The position numbers and the translations under genes were made by a program. A stretch of 64,000 nucleotides of DNA, from the NCBI GenBank assembly GCA_016748015.1, contig JAAOMT010000577.1, positions 124,001-188,000 of the forward strand, given 5' to 3'. Positions 37,601-51,054 of this stretch are shown piece after piece. How positions within the stretch are numbered: the first letter of the stretch is position 1; each line of letters opens with the position of its first letter. Source of the DNA: Geosiphon pyriformis uo1. Taxonomy: Eukaryota > Fungi > Glomeromycota. The notes beneath the pieces were generated by a model. The model had not been told where the DNA came from. It worked only from the letters and a program-made list of their open reading frames with translations, and made no database searches.

Positions 37601-40600
37601 TGAAATTCGGTTAGACAAGATCTTAGACAGAATTTTCTGAGCTGTTTTAATCAAAGCAATAGGTTTAGTATTTATTAACACACCATTCTATTTATAAAAC
37701 TTGGGAATTATTAATACTCACACTCTTTTCTAAGATGCAGAAATCACACCCATTATTAAACACAAATTTAACAGCTTCAAGAAAAAAGCCAAAACCTTCA
37801 AACCACAATGTTTTCAAAGCTTATTAAGTATTCTTGATAACCTGGCAGTCTTTTCATTCAGCAGATTGCCAACAACTAAGGATAATTTCTCCATATCAAT
37901 CTTCTTCATCACACCAGTAAAAGCATTATTGTCAACATAGTCCAAAAGCATATATTGGTGAAACCAAAGATTGGGCATCTGCAAGAGCATTGACCACTTT
38001 TTCATCCACTCTTTCATAATTTTATTAATCNNNNNNNNNNNNNNNNNNNNATGCCAGTCCACTGAGTCATAAGCTTTGCACATGTCTTGCAACACCAGTC
38101 AAAGTTATCTATTCTTTTCCAAAGCATCCTCCACCACTGATCCAACAGCAAAAATTGAGTTGAAGTGTCTTTCAACACTGAAAAGTTATTACCATGAAGA
38201 ACATTAAATTTACTACAAGCTGATGAAATTCGGTTAGACAAGATCTTAGACAGAATTTTCTGAGCTGTTTTAATCAAAGCAATAGGTTTAGTATTTATTA
38301 ACACACCATTCTATTTATAAAACTTGGGAATTATTAATACTCACACTCTTTTCTAAGATGCAGAAATCACACCCATTATTAAACACAAATTTAACAGCTT
38401 CAAGAAAAAAGCCAAAACCTTCAAACCACAATGTTTTCAAAGCTTATTAAGTATTCTTGATAACCTGGCAGTCTTTTCATTCAGCAGATTGCCAACAACT
38501 AAGGATAATTTCTCCATATCAATCTTCTTCATCACACCAGTAAAAGCATTATTGTCAACATAGTCCAAAAGCATATATTGGTGAAACCAAAGATTGGGCA
38601 TCTGCAAGAGCATTGACCACTTTTTCATCCACTCTTTCATAATTTTATTAATCTTAAGTTTAACCTTACCAGACTTAAATACTAACTTATTATTCATCAC
38701 TAAGTAATCTAAAATAACCTTGCAAAATGGACACTCCAAAACACTCTTTATTATTCTTCCTTTATCAGAACAGAAATTTTCTATATAACAGTCAATAGTC
38801 TTTTTAATAACAGTATTTTCAGATGCTTTTAACTTATAATATTTAAACTTCCAGTATTCTTTCTTTACAATTGACAAATGCTTTAATAACTCTAATAGAC
38901 CAATGCCACTTAGAACCAATCCAGAAAACTTAGAAGCCTCTTTAATATCAACAATCAACCAAATTTTGACAAGCTTGTCAGATTCCAAAAGATCCCCAGA
39001 ACTAAAAGTCTTTACAATTCTTGAGACAAGCCACTCAAGTTTGAAAAATTTTGAAGACTGTCTGTTTTTTGAGCAATCATATTCATTAAATTAATGTCTA
39101 GAAAACACCACATCAGCAGCATGCACTAAGGTTTTACTCAACACCTTCCACATTGCATTCAGGTTACTGTTGTCTTTTACTTCTTGAAACTTATTTGAAT
39201 ACATCAGCAATCCAGCCAAAGAAAGCTCCTTAAAGTGCATCTATTGCACTTTATTGGCATTTCCCAACTTAAATTTCCACTGGTTTTTATTGGCTTGTTT
39301 GCAAGCACTATTAAGACAAGTGTTTAGAAGTCCATCCAAACCAACCGAAACCGAAATTGATTTATGATTTGTATTAAAAAATTCTGATACATCATCAACA
39401 AAATGCGATGCCACTGCAGATGCCAGATTATTACTTACAAAAATGAAGTCAATAACTTTTAAAGTGCCCTTAGAATTGTCTCAAGTAAGAGTTTTGACTA
39501 AAGAATGTTTTTAAAATGAGTTAACCAACTCTATGTCCAAACAAAACTTGTAACTGGTACTTTTTTTAGATCTATTCTTATTAAAGTCCTCACCCAAAAC
39601 AACAAAACTGCTAGAATTAACTGCCTTGGCTATAAGAGAGTTGATCTTTAAGACCAGCCCAAATCTAATCTCAGCAGATACACCAGCATATAAATCCACA
39701 AATGTAACTGAAAGTTTGCTTTTAAAGAAAAGCCAAACCAAAATAAGACAACCAGGAACTTCTTCTACTTTAGAAACATGACAAGCTAAAGAATTGTTCA
39801 TAATAACTGTCATCCCAGCTCTAAGAAAACCTTTATCCAAACCAGATAAGAAAATCCGAATTCTCTCAAACTTATTTATGATCCAAGGCCTAGTGTTAAG
39901 TTTTAACTTTGTTTCCATAATAAACAAAATTATATTCTCAGATTTTTTATGTCAATGTATAACATCTTCTTGTTTAGCAGGGATATTGATATCTCGAACA
40001 TTACACATAGCAACCTTCTAAACAAAATCACTCATTGAAATAAAAAAAATTTCTGGAAACCTGAGCTGGCACACAACAGATCTAACTTCCCCAAAACAGA
40101 ACCAACAGAAGCCTTAAGAACCACCAATTTTGACTTAAGACTGCCAACCTTGGAAGTTAACACTCTCGTGCTACTTGAACTAAGAACTAAGACATCATCA
40201 GTAGCAGGAGAAGAAGGTGCAGAATAAGCATCAGGAATATTCAAAACCATATCCAAATCCACACTAGAATCTACAACTGCAGACAGAACTGGAATAAGAG
40301 ATTGAAAAACAGAAGTTAAGGGGCTCTGTTCAGAAATGGGTGCCAAAAGCACTAATACAATACCATTCAACTATTTTACAATGTTCGACACCTAATCAGA
40401 TAAAAGCTCAAGAGAACACATCAACATTAACAAATGTGCATCTAAAGAAGAGTTCAATAAAGTAATAGAGAGACATTTGCCATCAGAATCCATACTAACA
40501 ATAGGAAAAAAACCAGAGCCTGCTTCGGCAGAGTGATTATGAGAGGTGGATACAGCCAGAACTACTTGAGCCCAAGACCTGCCACCAAAAGCAGCCAGAC

Positions 40601-42040
40601 GAGAGATGAGAACATTTTTCTTGACATACAATTTAGCTAAATGAAAATGAATAACCTCTGAAGTGTCTTTTTTAAATAGTTTGACTGGTCTAAGAAAAGA
40701 TGTAATTGTGGCATCACACTTTAAAACAGAATAACCAAATTTTCTACAATGTTCATACTAAACCAGATCTATTCTTGCCCAAGAAAGTTTGACACCACTA
40801 AATATTGGCTCAATGTAATAAGCAGACTCCAGATCTTCCTCAGATTCAAAGCCAATCACAGCACAATAGATTCTATTGCCAGTATTAACAGAACAATTAA
40901 TCATACATGTTTTTCCACCAGTCTTATCCAAGAGAGTACCAAGATCATGTGCCATTGTTCTCACTGGTAAAGTAAACAAAAGTGCTCTAAACCAATTTTT
41001 AGAAGCCTATGTCTTGTAATCTCTCACAGCCATAGCCACATTCACAGAATTTTTCCCAATGAGGAAGGACCATCTAGATGCCAGTTGCTCAGCCTGATCT
41101 GAACTAGCAAATTCTACTATGGTCTTTTGCCACATGTCAATTAATTAAACTCTGATCGACTTAATATCACCAAATTCAGATACTGCAGTAATGATTATTT
41201 CCTTAGGCGTATCCATGGGAATTTCCTTTATGATCACAGCCCAATCTGAATGGATACTTTGTTTTTTGAGATTGGTATTTACAGAGATACCTTTTTCTCT
41301 GGCCAATGAAGTGGCCATATTCATGCTTTTTTCTGAAGTGAAGGTAGATCTAATGATCTTCTCAAATTTTGAGGGAGTAGTGGCCCTCCCAAAACCATTG
41401 ATAGTTGAAAATTTTTTTCTAACAAGCTGAGTTTTTGCTGTGACTAATTTGTTTTCTACTGCAGAAATATCAATATCCAAAGCAAATGATTTTTTGACTG
41501 ACACTTCTATTGGAGTTTTGATGATCTTTGGATCAATTCACTTTTTTTCCAAAGAGATAGACAAGTGAAAAGGAAGCACAATTTCATCATCATCCATAGT
41601 AAAATCAGGAGAGCCAAATACTGCACCAATATTAATACATTTTGCCTTGAGAGTGGTTGCAGCCAAATCCAGGAGAGACCTATCATGTATACCAGCCATG
41701 CTTACATTCTCATCATCACCAGACAGACTATTCACATCAGAATACACACTATTATCAGGCCCAGAATTACTCAAGGAGATATCTTTCTCATCACTAAAGT
41801 GTTTAATATTCCCAAGAACTACTTTTTTTTTTAAGTGAAAGAACCACCAGTAGAACCATGAAAAGCTTCTTTGAGTGTCTTCTTTTTTGACATATTACCA
41901 CCTGAAGCAGTCTTTAAATCCATAACAAAAGGGTTATTATTTAAAAAAATGTTGAAAAAACTAGCAAGAAAAAATTAGAAAACTTTTTTATTAGAAAATG
42001 CACTTTTTAAGGATTGTTGGAAGTAAGAGAGAAAGAAGTT
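34620..42040 (-). mobile_element. Near full-length dead non-LTR retrotransposon (LINE): ORF1 with CCHC knuckle; ORF2 with AP endonuclease, RT, RNase H and C-terminal Zn finger
   Basis: ORF1 starts near ATG 41923 with a knuckle near 40710-40750. Endonuclease: METKL, VLGEDFN. RT: PIALI, LQDMCKAYDSV, DQG, FVDD, YKYLG. RNase H: YTDGS, AELQAI, YSDS. Also CLLC. Many stops and frameshifts; CpG-depleted. Confidence 0.93.
37428..38653. repeat. Identical ~603 bp direct duplication around a 20-N gap (probable scaffolding artefact)
   Basis: 37428-38030 is repeated at 38051-38653 and both copies abut the N gap exactly. Confidence 0.85.
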
Positions 42041-42049
42041 TTTATTTAT

Positions 42050-44500
42050 CAAATTTTATTTTAAAAATTAAGTTAATAAAATAAAACCTAAACTATTTTT
42101 TTTATTTTTTAAAAATATTATTAATTTTAATAATATTTAAAAAATAATTACAATTTATTAAAAGTTTTTTAAATTGTTTTTATTTTAATACTTAATAAAA
42201 TTAAATATTATTAAATTTGTTAAATTTTTGTTTATTATTATTTTTAAAATTACAAAATTTTTAATAATATTTGTTTTATTCTGTTTTTGCTATTGTAATA
42301 TTATTTATTATTTTTTTAGATGTTTTTTTCATAAAATTAAAATATTTTAAGTATTTTTAATAAAGTTTTTAATATTAAATTTAAGCTTATTGGTTTATAA
42401 TAATATATTAATTTGTATTTTAAGTTTTTTAAGCTATTAAAGCTGTTTTTGCTTGTTAATATTATTGATAAAAAAATAGCAAAGTTATAAATAGTTAAAA
42501 AATAACCAATCTTACAAATTAACAAAATAATAATCTTAAAACTGAAAAAATTGACATAATAACAAATATTAACTATAGTAATAATAATTATTTATTAATA
42601 ATAACAGCAATTATTATTTTAAAATAATAAAAATAATATATTATTTTATAGAATTTTAATTATATATTTATATAATAGTTTTTAATATTAAAAAACAATA
42701 ATTAAAGAATTATTAAAAAAAATTTCAAAAAAATTTCAAATAATAAATAAAAGTTTAATTTAATCTATAAAAAAATTTATTAATAATATTATAAAAAAAA
42801 CTATTATAAAATTAATTATAATTTAAATCAAAATTTTAAATATTACAATATTTAAAAATTATTTTTTTTAATACTAATAAGTTTTAGTAATAAAAAATAG
42901 TAAAATTATTGTTTTTATAATGTGTTTAAAACCAAATTAATTAATTTTTTTTGGCCATATAGTTTTAAAATTAATAATTTAATTTTTTATAATAATTAAT
43001 ATTAATAATTTATTATTATTACTTTAAATTTAAAAACGTTCTTAATAATATAATTATTAAGTTTAATATTTTGTGTAAAAGTTGTATTTAATAAAAAATT
43101 CTTAAATTAGTGTTATTATAAGTATTAAAGTTTAATTTATTTAATTTTAATTATACTATTTGGTTTTTTATGATGTTTTTTTAAGTTTTTATTGTATTTA
43201 AAGTTTTTGTTAATTAGTTTATTAATTTAATGTTTTATATTAAAATTGCTGTTTTTTAATATATATATTTATTAATAAAATTATTAAATTTAAATTTGTT
43301 TTATTTAAATTTATTGTTATAAAAATTGGTTTATTAATAAATTTAGTTGTTTTATTTAAAAAAATTTATTTATAAATATCAAAAAAAACTTATCAATTAA
43401 TTGTATTAATAACAGAAAAAAAGTTATATTTTATATAAAAAACTAAAAAATAAATAAAAAGTTACAAATTACTTAAATAAATTTAAAATATTATGTGCTT
43501 TTAATTTAAATAATAAACTATATATAAATAATATATAAATTGTATTTATTGTAAAATATTTTATATAAATAATAATAAAATTATACTTTATAATAATTAA
43601 TGCCAAATAAATTTTTTGATAATAAAAACAAAATTAAAAAAAAATCTATATTTATATATTATACAAATTAAATTATTAATTAATAATTAATTTAAAATTG
43701 TATTTATTAAAAATAAAGAAATTCCATTAAAAAAATTAAATATCTAAAAAAGTTTTAGAAATTTAACAAATTAAAATTAATTAAACACAATTTAAAAATA
43801 AAGTTATAATAAATATTACTTAAATAATTTTAATAATAAAACTTTTATTATTAAAAATATGTTAAATAGTTTTTTAAAAAAATAAAAAAATAAATTTATG
43901 TTAAAAATAATATATTTTAAAAAATAGTATTATTTATTATAATAAATAAATTTAAAAATAAATAAATATTTTTTTTAAAAACAAATTATTAATTTAAATA
44001 AAATAAAAAATTACTTAAAAATTAAAAAAACATAAATAATTATAATATTAATATAAAAACATATTAATAAATATTAAATTTTTTGTATTAATTAATATTA
44101 TAAAAAACACTTTTAAAAGTTTTAGTTTAATATATGTAAAATTTATAAGTTTAGAAATAATATTTTTTAAGAATATTTTAATACAATATATAGATTATTA
44201 ACTTTCTATAAAAAAATATGATAAAAAAATCTTTTGATTTTGCAAAATATAATAAAGCTTATAATTCAATAAACTGAAAAAAAGTATAAAATGCATTAAA
44301 ATATAATAAGTTTACATATTTCTTGGTCATTTATATAATAAATGTAAAAACAAAATTATGAATTTTTAGCTTACTAATGAATTTAAGAAAAAAAGTTTTA
44401 AATTTTTATACAAAATCAAAAAACATGAAAACTTTGAAATTACAGAATATATTTTAATCTATTGGAAAAAATGGATGAATAAGAAAATCACATTATTTTT
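42050..44500. other. Extremely AT-rich desert, likely hyper-decayed transposon DNA
   Basis: Nearly G/C-free, no credible ORFs; similar to 32850-34620 and 61050-62690. Confidence 0.6.
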
Positions 44501-44992
44501 TGCCATTTTGCTTTGTAGGTAAATTTGAACAAATAATAATTATTTTATAGTTTGTTACATAATTAAAGTCTTATGAATGGTGAACGAGAAAATAGAGGAT
44601 AAACTTTCCTTGGTTTGTTTGATTAATTGTAAATCTAGTGTTGTCATTGAATATGCCAATTCGGCCAGCCCAAAAAGAAACTTTGGGTAATCTGTGATCG
44701 CTTCAGAAAATAAAATATTCTTACAATCCGTGTTAATAAATTCAATAGCCACGTAGGATATGAAAGCAGGATAATTTTCTAAATATTTTATAAAACTTTC
44801 TAGGTTGTAAAAATAATTATTATAATTTACTCATAAATAAAAGAATGATAATCTATTAATAAGAAATAATATATTATACTACAATATGATGTGGATCTAG
44901 AGATGTTTTTGATGTAAATACCTGATATTGCTACCCGGAATTTCCCCTCTCCTCTGGCAAATTGCCGTTTAATCCCAGGAAGCCTCGTCTTT

Positions 44993-46428
44993 TTAAAAAT
45001 TATTCTCACGATTGCCATCCGATAGATAATTATGCTCTTCTTGTTCAACCCAGTTATCGTCACGTGTACTATAGGGTTTTTCTGACCAATTCGTTCTGAA
45101 ATCATATGGGTTTTCATCATTATACCTATCGTCACGAGTTATCTTTCGATCACCTTCAATAAAAGGCTGAATGACACCAAAGGAAGGGCCCGAAGCATGA
45201 CTATTAGAAGAAAAAGCAGCATTATTTGTAGCAACAGCTTTTTCATCAACCATTCTACGTGCTTGTGCATCAGTTAAATCAGGATACCGTGTATATGGTG
45301 GGGGAAGTTCATCTTCCAGAAATTGGGCAACATTATTAGATATTTGAGCTTGATTGGGTTCAGCAAAGCTTGTTATTCGTGGCGGAATGTTCAATGAAGG
45401 CCCAACTGGACCAACCGGGACAATGGGTAGATGTTGAAGAGTTGCATGAACAGGTGATTGGCCAGGTTGTGGATTGTAATTATGCCCCAATACTATTTGA
45501 ATATTTGGTAAACTTTGTTGTGGATGAATAGGTAATTGAGGGGCTACTATGGTTTGAGATGGTGATGCTGGAACCGATATTGGTGGTGCTGATGGTGTAT
45601 GTGGCAATAATGTGCCACCTGGAGGAGTTGTCGGGGGAGATATTTGTTGTCTTGGTGGAGCTGTCGTTTTTGGCGACGTTATAGTTATATTAGGTGGGTC
45701 TATTAGTGGTGATTTTGTAGGTCCATTTGGTGTTGGAGGTTGTTGAGGTGGGCTTGGTTTCGAAGACAAAGTTGCTAAAGTAGCAATCGGAGGTGGTCGA
45801 GACACTTGACGCGCTATTTGAATGGATTCAAAAATTAAATCTGATATATGCAGAAAAAAAAATCCAACGAAAACAATAAAATTGGTCACAAAATTTGAAA
45901 AAGAGATTACCATTATCTTTACAAGTTCGAGAACAATAAGGCGAATTTAGAAAGCATGGTTTAGCCTGACAGTATTGACAAATGTTGAGAGTATTTCCTT
46001 GACGGTTGGAACCTGAACCACTTGCAACGAATACACCCGGCATTTTTCCTCCTTGTCCAGAAACAATCATGTATGAACCTTTATGAGGTGAATGCCGAAA
46101 TCCCGTTTGCCCATTACGTACTGGAGCTTTTCCTTTTGGATTTAAAGCTTCGGCTTCATTTTTACAAGTTTTTCCACAATAATTGATCCTCTGTCCTCCT
46201 ATCAAAGCCCTAGGCATTAGGTTACAATTTATGCAAGGCTCCACCATACCTTTAATAAGATTGATTATAAAAATACAATCAAATTGATTTAATAAAGGTT
46301 CCTCCAATTCCTATACCTTTGTCAACCGCGGCCCTTCTACATTTATTCGAACAAAATTCCGCAATTTCTCCTGATAAATTATCCACATAAACAGAGCCGG
46401 AACGGCAAGCAGCGCAAAGTTGAGCCAT
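44993..46428 (-). CDS. Treble-clef (VATC-like) zinc-finger repeat protein with a Pro-rich tail, 3 exons (~46428-46317, 46250-45912, 45828-44993)
   Basis: Three Cx2C...[FY]Cx3C units (CAAC..FCSNKC; CINC..YCGKTC; CQYC..YCSRTC), GT-AG introns, and a long Pro/Gln-rich region containing PPPY. Confidence 0.75.
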
Positions 46429-46531
46429 GGTGTCAAATGATTTGACCAAGAATGAAGCCTTTATATTCCTACTATGTGAAGCCGTGAAACCATTCGATTG
46501 GAATAAATTATTTTTTTGTTTGTAAGTACAA

Positions 46532-46555
46532 ATTACCAAGTTTAGACTTGGTAAT
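46532..46555. promoter_or_regulatory. 10-bp inverted repeat (ATTACCAAGT-ttag-ACTTGGTAAT) in a 254-bp divergent intergenic region
   Basis: Perfect arms read directly; lies between ATG 46428 (-) and ATG 46683 (+). A similar half-site AATTACCAGT occurs near 46603. Regulatory role is inferred. Confidence 0.4.
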
Positions 46556-46682
46556 ACCTCAGAATTAGACTTCGAATGAGTATTTTTAGAACTACTAGTT
46601 TTAATTACCAGTTGACCCGTGTAACTTCTAAAAGTCTCATCTTTCTTTAACCCTGCTGTTGATTTTCCTTTTATTCAATTTC

Positions 46683-47949
46683 ATGCCTTTACCACACAAG
46701 AAGGCGCCGAAAAGTTTAGTAAATTTGTTCGATGACTTGGAGTCTTCCGACGAAGACGAACAAGTTGAAACTACGAATAGTGATTCTTGGAAACCTTTCC
46801 CAAAAGAAGAAAATTCAATAGGTCTTGTACTGACACGAGAAACTTGTACATGTGAAGATTGTGAAAGGGGTAGGTGTTTTTTACTTGGGGCAGTGAAATG
46901 TGAGATACAGATAAATTTGTCTGATCCAGTGAATCACCAGCAATATCACCCAGGTATCGGCCCGATTTTGAAACATTACGAGAAATATTTATATCAGAAA
47001 AATTACTTCGTCATGCGGCTACATTCGCCGGCACCCGAAAAATTACCGAAAAAATCATTGATCATTTCCATAATACATGGGGACATCCATTACACATGGG
47101 GGTAATAAAATATTTCAACTTTCCTACTTTTAGAAATTCAGAAAATTAGGTATTAACAAAAATCATAAAAAAAAGTCTCCGGATGTGCAATATGTATCCT
47201 TCATGAAATGTGACCGAAATCTCTGTAAACGTTGGGATGAGTATATGTCAGAGTTGACACTGGTGTGTAATAACCCCAATGTGAAACCATTATGGCATGG
47301 GACTGGCGTTAAGTGCAAGATTGAGGAGGGAAAAGGCCCGTGTGACCCGGATTCAGAAGATAGTTGTGCTTCATGTAGTATACTGACAACGGGATTCGAT
47401 ATAAAGAAAAGTGGCTCAGCTAACCTGTTCAAACGGTATGAAAATTTCAAATTTAGACTGGTCTAATATTTCGTCTTTTGATGAATTGAATTTTTAACTT
47501 CTAAATGTTTTGCATCTCATCGGGCAGGTTTGGAACCGGTATTTATTTTGCTCCTAATTCATCAAAAGCGCATAGTTATGCAACACCACGAGCAAAAGAT
47601 GATTCATACACAATTTTATTCTGTTTCGTCGCCTTGGGGAGGTAAAATTGTAATGAAACTTTTATTTTCCTGATATTTCATTAATATTTCCTAATTTAAT
47701 TAATATAGATGTCATAGAACAAAAGATGACCTGCCCAAATTAATCGGTAATGAAATATTTAAGGAAAAATGTTCAAAATTTAAAAAGCCCCAATTCTCAT
47801 TAGTTTGATTATCAGAACCACCTTATCCATGTCATTCTGTACATGGGCTTGTCGGCTCACGGCTAAACTATGAAGAATTCGTAGTTTATAGTGGGGACGC
47901 AGTGATTCCTTTTGCTGCTGTAAGCTACAAGATGAGGAATGTGAGATAA
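46683..47949 (+). CDS. PARP-like (H-Y-E) ADP-ribosyltransferase 1, about 5 exons
   Basis: LWHGT, C...C..CSIL..GF, RFGTGIYFAPNSSKAHSYA, CFVALG, HSVHG and LNYEEFVVY...PFAAVSY; stop at 47947-47949. First intron boundaries are ambiguous. Confidence 0.85.
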
Positions 47950-48618
47950 CAAAATATTCTTCTCGTTTGAAAGCAAGACAACATTTATTTATCGATAATG
48001 GTGGATATAGAACCTGCTGATTGTTTGAATATCTTGAACATTATTTAAGTAGTCTCACCAAGATTTATCGATGAGTATATTGTTCATTTTCCTGCCATCA
48101 TTATGCTTTGGCCCACTTCTATATTTAATTTATTGAATGGCACAAATTTTTCTTTTGATATTTGTATATTTAGATCAGCGCGTAAATTTTGTATTCGAAA
48201 ATTGTCTACATAAAATGGCGAGGGAACGGAAGTTTGAAGAATATACAAAGACTAGTACAAATATTTATAAGTGTTGATATATATATATATTAGCTACCAA
48301 CTAAATGTAACATATTTTTTCAGACATAGATTATGATGATAATCATACATCCACGAAAAATTTGTAGAACCTTTACTAAGAATAGTGAGTTCTCGTTAAC
48401 AAATGAAAAAAGAATAAATATTATATTATTCAAAATAGAAGGGGAGATGGGATTGGAAAATCTAGACCGCTTTCTCGAGATTATGTTACAAAACTTGAAG
48501 AATCGTATTGCCGCAAAATTAATCTTCAACTAATTAACTTTCTTTCATTGATGAGGATGGGTCCAAAATTTGAGATTCCTCGTAGATAACAACATATCGC
48601 CAGAATGAACTCCCTCAA

Positions 48619-50012
48619 TCACGCCCGATATATGATTAGATACTGGGGCAAACAAGCAGCTTCATTATACACAACAATCTCATCATAATTTAAATTCCCG
48701 GTATCACTTGGCTCCCCTAATATCGAATCATATCCATTCGGAGGCCGAATGAGATGCGTATCATCAGTTGTCTGGGGGAATCCTTTACCTACAATCACCC
48801 GATTCAGTAACATAGCTTTATATCTCAATCCATTAAAATTTTTCAAAGATTTCTCGTTATAGTCATCGGATTTCGACGAAGTACCCGAGAAATAAAGACC
48901 ACGACCGAAACGTTGAAACGCTAGGCTAATTTCACCGGTACCGACAAACCTTAATTTGTACCCTTCTTTAATGATGCAGCATATGGCACAAGTAATGTCG
49001 GAGCAAAGTGTTGCGGTTCCTAATAGGCCTATTAAACAGCTCCTAGGAAAATAATATGTTTATTTTAAATTCAAGAAAAAGTCATAATATTATATTCTCG
49101 AAATTTACATTTTCGTGCCATGAAACCGCCGTTGCTCGTTACCGGCAGTCATTGTTCGTCTCCTTAGACCATCACCTTTTGGGAACGGTTTTCCCCACAA
49201 TTGCTGTGCTTGTTCTACGGCATCCCTATATTGGTTATAACGTTTGATTAATGTCTCGCTACAATAAATTTTCCATATGGCAGTAACTTCAGGGATAGGT
49301 TTGTGCGAGTGACGCCAAGATTTTACAAACTGGTTGGAAATATCTTTGAATTTTTGGCCACTCGTTGGTAGATTGAGAAGACAAGGAGCTAGGAAATTCC
49401 CAAGATAAACTTTTGAATACTATTTGATTCGCATAACTATATAAATCTTTGCATGAAAGAATGAAACATACCAATGCGCTTTACATGTTGTTCACATGCA
49501 TCACGACAAAAATCTTTGCCTTGTAATGAATTCTCTTTTGCGCACATCAGGCATAACTGACTACTGCGCTCAACTACCATCGATTGCCAATTTGGCGTCT
49601 CATCACGACACTTTCTCGAACACCATAATGATCCCTTATGGAGTGGTTTCTCCTAAAAATATTTAAGTAAAATTTTGGATCAAAAACTGTTGTAAAAAGA
49701 TTAACTAAGCTCGATTATCTCTTTAAAATTTACCACCTTACAATGCATACACTTTGGCAGGTTACGACACCTCGTCCACCCACAATAAAGTGAGTTGGTG
49801 ATCTGTGGAAAGGTCTTGCATTTTGTACAAGGTGGGTTCGCTAGACCAGCTACCGAGGCTTCTTGACGACACTCGTCACTGCAATATTCACTTGGATAAC
49901 CGTCAGGGTCAGTGTCAACTTCGTTGCTAGTACAGTAAAGGCATATATTGACACTGGAGGCGTGGTGGAGATGCTGATTATATGTCGAATGCCGAGCGGT
50001 TTTTACATCCAT
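48619..50012 (-). CDS. Zinc-finger (4 treble-clef repeats) PARP-like (H-Y-E) ADP-ribosyltransferase 2, 4 exons (~50012-49736, 49652-49473, 49390-49109, 49043-48619)
   Basis: Cx2C..[YFW]Cx3-4C repeats, then NEQRRFHGT, CAICCII..G, RFGRGLYFSGTSSKSDDY, RVIVG, PPNGYDSILG and LNYDEIVVY..ACLPQYLIIY. Spliced frame is intact. Confidence 0.9.
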
Positions 50013-51054
50013 TTTACTTTGTGAATATTAGACGAAAGCTTAAAAGTTCAAGTGCAAACCAAATTTGGAAAAGCAGCTTTGCTGGAAAAGAATAAGGTTA
50101 CCGAAAAAATGAAAGTTATATTTTTCAAATTAAAAGAAAAAGTGTGCTTCCGAGGTTTAAAAAGAATAATTATTATGAAGCATATAACGACGGATACTAA
50201 AATTAAAGTGTGCTTCAAATTGAATCTTGTAAATGGCTTCTCCTGAATCGGCAAATTTGTAACGCATTTTTTTAAGAAATTTAACAAAGAACATAGGTCA
50301 AATTTTAGTACACAACAGTACGGCTGTTGATAATGTCTTATCCGATTCTATTGCTTTTAAGTTAAGTAGTATAAATGCTTACTAATAAAAAATAAAAATG
50401 AATTTTTTGGGAAATTCAATATTTAATAAATATATATTTTTAATATTGTCGCCCTATTTTTAGATAATGGTCATTGACCTAGCCAACATTTTTTATTCTT
50501 TTTTATATTGCTTATTTTCTTTACTTGTTTTTTATATTAGGTATTTAAACATTATTTGTAATAAAAGATTATTTGTTAACATTTACATATATATTTTTTC
50601 TTTTTAAATTAAAAAGCATAATAATCTTTGTTATTAATTTTAAAAACTGTCAAGTAAGACATAAAATAATAACAGTAATAACAATTATGAATTATTTCTT
50701 TTACTTTTAAATTGTGATTTTATAAAATTAATTTGCTTTTATATTTTGGCGAATGGCGAATTGCGAAAGATGACATGTCGACCAAGTCCATAACCTGCTA
50801 ATTTTTATAAGACATATTTAGTTAATCTAGTCTTTTCTCTTTTTATATGTAAATATTTTAATAGCATAATTAATTGTTATCTAAATAGAGAAAAATTATC
50901 GCTCAACAAGATTGTTCTTGCGCATATTACACATTATCCTATTCGGGTAAGTTTCGATATTGTGTCACTTCGACCATTTAAACCACTCTTCGTTTGCTTA
51001 AAATTTGGAAATAACATAAAGCTAACATTAATTTATACCATTTCACTATTTCAA

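Noticed and set aside
37428-38653. 603-bp perfect direct repeat inside the LINE, resembling an LTR or recent duplication
   Set aside because: The copies are identical in an otherwise heavily mutated element and abut a 20-N gap, so this is an unmerged contig overlap.
42337-42525. Short Ile/Lys/Phe/Asn-rich ORFs in AT deserts (also 25361-25651 and 59429-59614)
   Set aside because: Compositional artefacts of AT-rich DNA.
44555-44752. 65-aa ORF downstream of the ZnF/Pro-rich gene as an extra exon or gene
   Set aside because: GTG start, no motif, and the upstream gene already has a stop at 44993.
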